Positions 9,601 to 16,137 of a DNA stretch of 24,481 nt are shown in pieces. Under the pieces are notes generated by a model. The model had not been told where the DNA came from and ran no database searches. It saw only the letters and a list, made by a program, of their open reading frames with translations. Within the stretch, counting starts at the first letter, position 1; every line of letters begins with the position of its first letter. This DNA comes from Caedimonas varicaedens. Lineage in GTDB: Bacteria > Pseudomonadota > Alphaproteobacteria > Caedimonadales > Caedimonadaceae. The position numbers and the translations under genes were made by a program. The stretch is taken from the NCBI GenBank assembly GCA_001192655.1, contig BBVC01000015.1:1-24481 (forward strand), in the 5' to 3' direction.

Positions 9601-9951
9601 ATGTCTTCAAATCCTATCCATGAGAAAATCTCCTGCGAAATCCAGAATCACCTTGTCGTTCTGTATATGAAAGGAACAAAAACAGCGCCTATGTGCGGAT
9701 TTTCCAGTTTTGTTGCTCAGACACTTAATCGATTGGGAATAGAGTATCATGATGTCAATGTTCTGGAAGATGAGGAAATACGCCAGGGAATCAAAGAATA
9801 CAGCGACTGGCCAACTATTCCACAACTGTACATCAAGGGCGAATTTATCGGTGGTGCAGATATCGTACGGGATATAGTCAAATCTGGCGAGTTTATAGAA
9901 TTATTACAAAAGAAAGAGATCCCTTTTAAAATAGAGAATCAGAGCTTTTAG
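9601..9951 (+). CDS. grxD: monothiol glutaredoxin (Grx4 family, CGFS active site)
   Basis: The 116-aa ORF contains VVLYMKGTKTAPMCGFS, WPTIPQLYIKGEFIGGADI. Confidence 0.95.
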   Translation: MSSNPIHEKISCEIQNHLVVLYMKGTKTAPMCGFSSFVAQTLNRLGIEYHDVNVLEDEEIRQGIKEYSDWPTIPQLYIKGEFIGGADIVRDIVKSGEFIELLQKKEIPFKIENQSF

Positions 9952-9954
9952 CCT

Positions 9955-10818
9955 ATGACGAGCTCTGCTCTCTTGCCTTTATGTGTTGATCTGGATGGCA
10001 CACTTATTCGCACAGATGTTTTGTCAGAAGCCCTTCTTGTTTATCTTAAAAAATCTCCCTGGAAAATATTCCATATCCTTTGGTGGTTCAGTCAGGGACG
10101 CGCCATGCTGAAGAAAAAAATCGCTGATGAAATTGATCTTGATATGTCGTTAATGCCCGTCAATCAGCAAATCGTTGATCTTGTCCTAAAATACAAGGCA
10201 AAGGGACACAAGATTTATTTAGTGACAGCCGCGCCTCAAAAATACGGACAGGCCGCCGCCACATATTTTGGATTTTTTGATGAAGTACTAACCAGCAACT
10301 CTTATATAAATCTTCGCTCAACTCACAAAGCAAAAGCTCTTATCGAACGGTTTGGTGAACAGCAATATATTTACGCGGGAAATTCTGTCCATGACTTGCC
10401 TGTGTGGGCGCATTCTTCTGAAATTATTGCGATTAACACGCCTCGAAAAGTTCTTGAAAAAGCATCTGTCATGAAAAAAAAAATGCACATTATGCACGAA
10501 GGGCTGACTGGGTGGACGGGATTGTTTCAGATCACCCATCCTTTTCATTGGATCCTTAATTTTGTCATTGTTCTTTCTGCCTTCTTTTTTGTTCACAAGG
10601 ACTTAAACAATGTTTTACCCGCTTTTATCGGTTTCAGTTTTTTAACGTCAGGCGTTTATATTTTGACAGACCTGTTCAGTATAAACCAGAATCGCCAATA
10701 TCTCTCGAAAAGCAAGAAACTTGTCGCATCAGGCAGCATTCCCATAGGCTCTGCAATACGATTCTCTCTTACGCTCATTATACTTGGCGTCGTCATCAGT
10801 TTATCCCTCATTTATTAG
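9955..10818 (+). CDS. HAD-IB-type phosphatase domain fused to the first ~100 aa of a UbiA-type prenyltransferase; 3'-truncated and probably non-functional
   Basis: The N-terminus LCVDLDGTLIRTD is HAD motif I. From about aa 190 there are TM helices. The region YILTDLFSINQNRQYLSKSKKLVASG aligns with the UbiA motif Y.LNDL.D...DR.HP.K..RP.A.G, but most Asp/Arg/Pro positions are replaced. The ORF ends after ~3 TM helices, and its TAG (10816-10818) is the first three bases of the IS terminal repeat. Confidence 0.6.
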   Translation: MTSSALLPLCVDLDGTLIRTDVLSEALLVYLKKSPWKIFHILWWFSQGRAMLKKKIADEIDLDMSLMPVNQQIVDLVLKYKAKGHKIYLVTAAPQKYGQAAATYFGFFDEVLTSNSYINLRSTHKAKALIERFGEQQYIYAGNSVHDLPVWAHSSEIIAINTPRKVLEKASVMKKKMHIMHEGLTGWTGLFQITHPFHWILNFVIVLSAFFFVHKDLNNVLPAFIGFSFLTSGVYILTDLFSINQNRQYLSKSKKLVASGSIPIGSAIRFSLTLIILGVVISLSLIY

Positions 10819-11330
10819 ACTTCTTTCGAAACTCAAAATAAGAGTTCAAAATTATAAATACCTGCTATTAAGTTGAACCTTAGAGCGAATCGTTTGCGTC
10901 TATTTCTGTATCGGTCAAAACGCTTATATCAGGGTGAATCCGAGTTTTTGACTCTTTAAACAAACGAAAATGTAGCCAGGTAAAGCAAAGACCGTATGCT
11001 TAACGTATCCTCAAACCCATTTCACGATCTTATAGGCTGTACTTTCACTGATTCCATAACTTTGACTAATATGAAAATACGTCCGATACTCTCTCAAGTA
11101 TTCCAACGCCCTTAACAACATATCTTCAATACAAAGCTTATTATTTCTGCCCTTTTTCTTCAGTTACTGGGCGTTAGTTAAAATCTCTACCATTTTATCA
11201 AATGTGGCATGTTTAATACCGGTTAAACGCCTGAATTTTTCTTCTGCTAATAATTGCGTCTCATGATGCCTCTGTAAAAGCATCACCCTACATAAAATTT
11301 ATCTAAAATTCTAGTTTCGAAAGAAGTCTA
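10816..11330 (-). mobile_element. degraded, internally deleted IS element (IS5-family / Harbinger-like HTH_Tnp_4-type transposase remnant)
   Basis: It is bounded by TAGACTTCTTTCGAAACT (10816-10833) and its reverse complement (11313-11330). Minus-strand translation gives MLLQRHHETQLLAEEKFRRLTGIKHATFDKMVEILTNAQ*LKKKGRNNKLCIEDMLLRALEYLREYRTYFHISQSYGISESTAYKIVKWV*GYVKHTVFALPG...TLI*AF*PIQK*. That is a recognisable transposase N-terminus with several in-frame stops and no DDE domain. TTAT flanks both ends (10812-10815, 11331-11334), a possible 4-bp target duplication. Confidence 0.75.
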
Positions 11331-11402
11331 TTATTATGAGAAGGGCTATTTTGTAAAGCTTGACTTTTTAACTGAGCATACCCATTTATATGACAGATAG
11401 GC

Positions 11403-12932
11403 ATGGAGTGTTGGATATTGGTTGTTAAAAATAAAATACGAGCCTTTATTTTAGGGGCGCTTATACTTTCATTTCTCAATGAAATAAACGCTTCTGATCT
11501 CGAAGAATACAAGTCTCAAGCAAAAAACGCTTCCGTTATCGTATATGGAAAATCACAAGATGGTGAGACGTATGTTTTACTAGCCCATGATAGAAGAGGA
11601 TTTTGGACTCCACCGGGCGGAAAAAGAGAAGCCAACCAATCAATTTTAGATACCGCAGCAGCAGAACTTTATGAAGAAACTGCCGCTTTTGATCTTTTTA
11701 ATCCCTCTAGAATAAAGCCTCTTTTGAAAAAACAACCGTTAAAAAGCGTTTTTAAATATAACGGACATACCGATTTATTTGCATTAAATATTGGGGATCA
11801 AATCGATCAATGTAAAAATATATCTCATAATTATAAAGAACGAGTTAAAGGAAAAAAGCACTCTTTTGATGAAATGAATAACTGGAAACTCTGCAAGGCA
11901 AATGATCTATTTAATTCACTTAAAGCGCATCCTCATACAGTAAACCAAGATACAATCCTTAATAAAATTGGTAAGTTGCCAAAATACGTTTTTAATAGTC
12001 TTTGGAGTTTTTACAATAACGGCTCTTTAGAAAATTTGATGAAAACGTCAACTATTTTATTAAGTCAAAAACAACAGAAGCAAAAAGAGCAAGAGATTGA
12101 TGCCTTTCTTTCTTCCCCGGAACGTCAGGCAATGCTCCGCAAAAATCAGAAAGAATTCTTCAAGCATCAACCAGAAGATTTTTTTGGGAAGCAACCAAAA
12201 AAGAAACAGACCCAAATAAAAGCGCCAGTAGCGCAGAAAGCAAAAACCTCTGCGCAGAAGAAAGCAGATGATGCAGCGCGTCAGTTAGCTGCGCAGAAGA
12301 AGAAAGCAGATGATGCGGCACGTCAGTTAGCTGCGCAGAAGAAGAAAGCAGATGATGCGGTACGTCAGTCCCACTTAGTCGCACAGCAGAAGAAAGCAGA
12401 TGATGCGGTACGTCAGTCCCACTTAGTCGCACAGCAGAAGAAAGCAGATGATGCGGTACGTCAGTCTCACTTAGTCGCACAGCAGAAGAAAGCAGATGAT
12501 GCGGTACGTCAGTCCCACTTAGTCGCACAGCAGAAGAAAGCAGATGATGCGGTACGTCAGTCTCACTTAGTCGCACAGCAGAAGAAAGCAGATGATGCAG
12601 CGCGTCAGTTAGCTGCGCAGAAGAAGAAAGTAGATGATGAAGTGCGCCAGAAGCAGGCTCAATTAGCTCAATTAGCCACACAGAAGAAGAAAGCCCAGGC
12701 AGTAGCAGCGCAGAGAGCAGCGGCACAAAAGGCAAGAACATTGAAGGCAGCTGCACTGAAGAAAGCCCAGGCAGTAGCAGCGCAGAGAGCAGCGGCACAA
12801 AAGGCAAGAACATTGAAGGCAGCTGCACTGAAGAAAGCCCAGGCAGTAGCGGCACAGAGGAAGGCAAAAGCATTGAAGAAAGCCCAGGCAGTAGCGGCAC
12901 AGAGGAAGGCAAAAGCATTGAAGAAAGCATAA
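11403..12932 (+). CDS. signal-peptide protein with a Nudix-hydrolase-like domain and a long C-terminal Lys/Ala/Gln/Asp tandem-repeat region
   Basis: The 509-aa ORF has N-terminal KNKIRAFILGALILSFLNEINA/SD (signal-like). PPGGKREANQSILDTAAAELYEETAA fits the Nudix box GX5EX7REUXEEXGU, except R->A and the last G->A. From about aa 284 to the C-terminus there are two families of in-frame tandem repeats. Confidence 0.8.
   Translation: MECWILVVKNKIRAFILGALILSFLNEINASDLEEYKSQAKNASVIVYGKSQDGETYVLLAHDRRGFWTPPGGKREANQSILDTAAAELYEETAAFDLFNPSRIKPLLKKQPLKSVFKYNGHTDLFALNIGDQIDQCKNISHNYKERVKGKKHSFDEMNNWKLCKANDLFNSLKAHPHTVNQDTILNKIGKLPKYVFNSLWSFYNNGSLENLMKTSTILLSQKQQKQKEQEIDAFLSSPERQAMLRKNQKEFFKHQPEDFFGKQPKKKQTQIKAPVAQKAKTSAQKKADDAARQLAAQKKKADDAARQLAAQKKKADDAVRQSHLVAQQKKADDAVRQSHLVAQQKKADDAVRQSHLVAQQKKADDAVRQSHLVAQQKKADDAVRQSHLVAQQKKADDAARQLAAQKKKVDDEVRQKQAQLAQLATQKKKAQAVAAQRAAAQKARTLKAAALKKAQAVAAQRAAAQKARTLKAAALKKAQAVAAQRKAKALKKAQAVAAQRKAKALKKA
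12252..12677 (+). repeat. in-frame tandem repeat family 1 (nine units; 39/42/48/63 bp)
   Basis: Units start at 12252, 12291, 12333, 12381, 12429, 12477, 12525, 12573 and 12615. The five 48-bp units (12333-12572) encode AQ(K/Q)KKADDAVRQSHLV; the four from 12381 onward differ only by a synonymous TCC/TCT, while the first (12333) also differs in its first three codons. The 42-bp variants encode AQKKKADDAARQLA. Confidence 0.95.
12687..12920 (+). repeat. in-frame tandem repeat family 2 (2 x 72 bp, then 2 x 45 bp)
   Basis: 12687-12758 and 12759-12830 encode KKAQAVAAQRAAAQKARTLKAAAL. 12831-12875 and 12876-12920 encode KKAQAVAAQRKAKAL. Within each pair the copies are identical by eye. Confidence 0.95.
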
Positions 12933-13027
12933 ATGAAGCGGGGCCGCACACCGCCAAAAGCAGGCTTGTCTAGCTTGAACGTTTAGTCAAATATTTTATG
13001 AACTATAAAACATCCAACCAAGTATAT

Positions 13028-13314
13028 AATAGACTTCTTTCGAAACTCATAACAGGATTTCAAAATTATTGCTGATCGGTATAGAAATAGACACAAACGC
13101 TTTGCTCTAAGATTCAACTTATAGCTCTTTTCATAATAGTCCAGACTAATGTAAATACCTGATCTATGATTCTTTTCCCAAGAACATGAATTTGAATTCT
13201 ATAGGAGAAGTTTTAAATCAATGCGCCTAAGAGTTCAGACTATTATGAAAAGGGCTATAATATCAATTATCTATAATTTTGAAATCCTGTTATGAGTTTC
13301 GAAAGAAGTCTATT
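13028..13314. mobile_element. non-coding MITE-like element related to the IS at 10816-11330
   Basis: It has perfect 42-bp terminal inverted repeats: AATAGACTTCTTTCGAAACTCATAACAGGATTTCAAAATTAT at 13028-13069 and its reverse complement at 13273-13314. These share the 18-nt terminus of the IS. 13074-13125 resembles the inverted 10864-10916. An inner 21-bp inverted repeat lies at 13121-13141 / 13238-13258 with one mismatch. There is no ORF. Confidence 0.8.
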
Positions 13315-13342
13315 GAATTCGAGAGGTGCTCCAGAGAAGACA

Positions 13343-14611
13343 TCAAGCCGCTGCCTTGACACCAAGGCGTTGACAAAGTTTTTCATAAGACATCAGATGT
13401 TGCACAGGCCCCACCGCAGTAAGAGTCGGAGTCCCTGAAAAGATTCGGGTCGCCAGCTTTGCAATATCCTGTTCTTCAACAGCATCAATACGGTCAATAA
13501 TCTCGGATGAATCCAGGGGACGACCATAAACCATCATTTGGAAAGCCAGTTGTCGACAACGTGAAGATGTGCTTTCAAGCGCCATCAAGAGTGAGGCTTT
13601 AAGTTGATTCCTGGATCTTGAAATTTCTTTCTCGGTAAGCGTTGAAGATACCTTGAGAAGTTCATCACAAACAACCGGTAAAAGGTCTTGTGCTTCTTTT
13701 GGTCCCGCGCTGGTATAAATACCGAAAGTACCAGTGTCTAGTGCAGAGGAAGAAAAACTATGAACGCCATAGGCAAGCCCTCTTTTTTCTCGAATCTCCT
13801 GGAAAAGGCGAGAAGACATCCCTCCCCCTAAAATAGTTGCAAGCATAGAAGCTGTATAATAATCAGGGCTATTCAGATCAATTCCTTGGAAACCCAAAAC
13901 TAGGTGAACTTGTTCAAGATTTTTTTGAAGTGTAAAGTAACCACCTGTATAACGTGCAGGCTCTCCAGAGCGTGTAGTTTCAGAGGCCAACAAGCTGAAT
14001 TGGTTTTCCATCATAGAGACAAGTTGCTGATGGTCAACTTTTCCTGCCGCCGCAAAAATCATATTTTTAGCGCTATAATTTTTCGTCATGTATGTTTTTA
14101 TTTGCTCACGGCTGAGCTTTGAGACCACATCTGCTCTACCGGTAATGGGACGTCCAAAGGGCTGATCAGAATAGGCCGTTTCTTGAAAACAATCAAAAGT
14201 CAAATCATCAGGTGCATCCTGAACCTGACTGATTTCCTGCAAAATGACCGCACGTTCGCGCTCCAACTCTTCCTCGCGAAAAACAGAAAACTGCAAAATA
14301 TCTGCAAGAATAGAGAGAGCCAACGGCTTATTATGCAGAATACGTGCATAATAAGCCGTTGATTCCCGCGAAGTGTAGGCATTCAAATGCCCCCCTACAG
14401 CTTCAATTTTTTCAGCTATTTCCTGTGCTGTCTGAGTAGCCGTTCCCCGAAAAGCCATGTGTTCAAGCATATGGGAAATACCATTAATTTCTTTTGTTTC
14501 ATGACGAGAGCCAACACTGACCCATAACCCCAATGCGACTGTTTCTACGCTATCAAAATAATCCGTTACAATCGTTAAACCATTCGAAAGCGTTGATAAT
14601 TGAATCGTCAT
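13343..14611 (-). CDS. M16 family zinc peptidase (mitochondrial-processing-peptidase-like)
   Basis: The 422-aa ORF has the inverted zinc motif HxxEH in GISHMLEHMAFRGT. It has the two-domain M16 layout typical of alphaproteobacterial MPP-like proteases. Confidence 0.9.
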   Translation of the reverse strand: MTIQLSTLSNGLTIVTDYFDSVETVALGLWVSVGSRHETKEINGISHMLEHMAFRGTATQTAQEIAEKIEAVGGHLNAYTSRESTAYYARILHNKPLALSILADILQFSVFREEELERERAVILQEISQVQDAPDDLTFDCFQETAYSDQPFGRPITGRADVVSKLSREQIKTYMTKNYSAKNMIFAAAGKVDHQQLVSMMENQFSLLASETTRSGEPARYTGGYFTLQKNLEQVHLVLGFQGIDLNSPDYYTASMLATILGGGMSSRLFQEIREKRGLAYGVHSFSSSALDTGTFGIYTSAGPKEAQDLLPVVCDELLKVSSTLTEKEISRSRNQLKASLLMALESTSSRCRQLAFQMMVYGRPLDSSEIIDRIDAVEEQDIAKLATRIFSGTPTLTAVGPVQHLMSYEKLCQRLGVKAAA

Positions 14612-14632
14612 GTTGCAATACCCATTAAAAAA

Positions 14633-15358
14633 TTAAAATGTTCCTCGTTGTCGTCGTATGTAAAGGATATAAACTATTCCTAGTAACAACGCCAGAACAT
14701 ACCAAGTTATGGCATATTGAAGGTGAAAATTTCGTAAAGAGAGAGAAAACGTTGCAGGAATAGGAAAAGGTGATTTGTCCAATGGCTCCGTCTGAACAAT
14801 GTAAAAAGGAAGAAGTGTATTCATGTGAAAATGCGAGGCAATTTCCCCGGGATAAAGCGCATAGATTTCTTTTTCCTCATAGAGATTTTGAGGTGTCATA
14901 AAATTTCTATCGCTATGTAAGCGAATATATCCTTCGATAGAAAAGGCTCCAGATAACTTTCCAGGAGAATAAGGTTCTGTAAATGGAACCCACCCACGAT
15001 CAATCAAAATCCTTGAACCATTGGCCAACTGAAGAGGAACGATAAGATGATAACCCAACTTGCCCTCATGGGTTCGCCCCTGAAGTTTAAGCGCCCAATC
15101 ATCGACAAAAACACCTGTGACCCTTATTCTTCGGAATTCAAGATCGCTGAGCTTAAAGGAGCGAACGTTATCGATTTTTTCAGGGGGTAGCGCGAAACGG
15201 GTTTCCAGTAAACTAAGGAGGTTTTGCTTCCAGTGCAAACGATAAATTTGCCATGTTCCCAGAGATAAAAGCAGGACAATTCCAGAGAAAGTAATAAGGG
15301 TTGGCCATTGCAGGAAAATAAGGGAACCCTGCTTCCTCACGAAGCTGAACCCCACCAA
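14633..15358 (-). CDS. SURF1 family cytochrome oxidase biogenesis protein
   Basis: The 241-aa ORF has N-terminal TM + LGTWQIYRLHWKQNLL (SURF1 signature), a C-terminal TM with YAITWYVLAL, and sits directly downstream of ctaE. The track start is TTG and overlaps the ctaE 3' end by 22 nt; the exact start is uncertain (GTG at 15355 is possible). Confidence 0.85.
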   Translation of the reverse strand: MVGFSFVRKQGSLIFLQWPTLITFSGIVLLLSLGTWQIYRLHWKQNLLSLLETRFALPPEKIDNVRSFKLSDLEFRRIRVTGVFVDDWALKLQGRTHEGKLGYHLIVPLQLANGSRILIDRGWVPFTEPYSPGKLSGAFSIEGYIRLHSDRNFMTPQNLYEEKEIYALYPGEIASHFHMNTLLPFYIVQTEPLDKSPFPIPATFSLSLRNFHLQYAITWYVLALLLGIVYILYIRRQRGTF

Positions 15359-16125
15359 TAAATGCTAATGAATAAAAAGAGCCATACAACATCGACAAAG
15401 TGCCAATACCAGGCCGCCGCTTCAAAACCAAAATGATCATCAGGCGTGAAATGACCCAGCCGCGTCCGAAAATAACACACAACCAGAAAGACCGCCCCCA
15501 CGAAAACATGGAACCCATGAAATCCCGTCGCCATATAAAAAGTTGAAGGATAGATTCCCCCCTTAAAAGCAAAGCTGGCATGAGCATATTCATACATCTG
15601 CACCCCTAAAAAGGCAAACCCCAGAAAGATTGTAAACAAAAGTTTTTGTTTCATATCTTCATAATCACCTTCAAGCAAAGAATGATGAGCCCACGTAATG
15701 GTCGTTCCCGACAGCAGCAGCAAAAGCGTATTTAAATAGGGCAAATCGAAAGGATCAAGAGTATGCACTCCCTTAGGCGGCCACACATTTCCCATAGCCT
15801 CTGTCGGTGCCAAACTTGCATTGAAATAAGCCCAAAAAAAAGCCCCGAAAAACATGACTTCCGAGGCTATGAACAACGCCATACCATAACGAAACCCGTG
15901 GCGAACTTCAGGAGTATGTTCTGATTTAGCTTCCCTGATCACGTCACGCCACCAACCAATAAGCGTAACCAAAAAAAGACTGGCTCCTGCAAAAAGAACA
16001 ATGGCACTGTGTTGACGTATAAAAAGGATTGTTCCTATAACCAAAAGGAAAGCAGACATCGATCCAATAGCCGGCCAGGGACTTGGACTGACCAGATGAT
16101 AGGGATGGTGTTTAGCCTCCTTCAT
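15337..16125 (-). CDS. ctaE: cytochrome c oxidase subunit III
   Basis: The 262-aa ORF has HPYHLVSPSPWP at the N-terminus, 7 TM helices, FGFEAAAWYWHFVDVVWLFLF near the C-terminus. Confidence 0.95.
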   Translation of the reverse strand: MKEAKHHPYHLVSPSPWPAIGSMSAFLLVIGTILFIRQHSAIVLFAGASLFLVTLIGWWRDVIREAKSEHTPEVRHGFRYGMALFIASEVMFFGAFFWAYFNASLAPTEAMGNVWPPKGVHTLDPFDLPYLNTLLLLLSGTTITWAHHSLLEGDYEDMKQKLLFTIFLGFAFLGVQMYEYAHASFAFKGGIYPSTFYMATGFHGFHVFVGAVFLVVCYFRTRLGHFTPDDHFGFEAAAWYWHFVDVVWLFLFISIYWWGSAS

Positions 16126-16137
16126 TTCTACCTCATT

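Noticed and set aside
10812-11334. TTAT at both flanks of the IS remnant as proof of a 4-bp target-site duplication
   Set aside because: I kept it only as a possibility. The context is AT-rich and the related element B (13028-13314) shows no matching flanking duplication, so chance cannot be excluded.
11303-11512. 69-aa minus-strand ORF across the IS end and the start of the Nudix-like gene
   Set aside because: It overlaps the terminal repeat and the better-supported plus-strand gene start, and it has no motif or RBS.
12252-12932. Regularly spaced direct repeats that could be mistaken for a CRISPR array
   Set aside because: The repeats are directly adjacent with no unique spacers. All unit lengths are multiples of 3 and they lie in frame inside a protein-coding ORF. 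No cas genes or leader are present.
12160-12957. Long antisense ORFs (265 aa at 12160-12957 and 93 aa at 12668-12949) opposite the Nudix-repeat gene
   Set aside because: They exist only because the tandem repeats lack stops in several frames. Their products are monotonous Leu/Ser/Pro/His strings (HHLLSS...). The sense ORF has a real N-terminal domain and a signal peptide.
15213-15593. 126-aa ORF overlapping the ctaE/SURF1 junction in another frame
   Set aside because: ctaE and SURF1 both have strong family signatures in their own frames, so this is an out-of-frame shadow.
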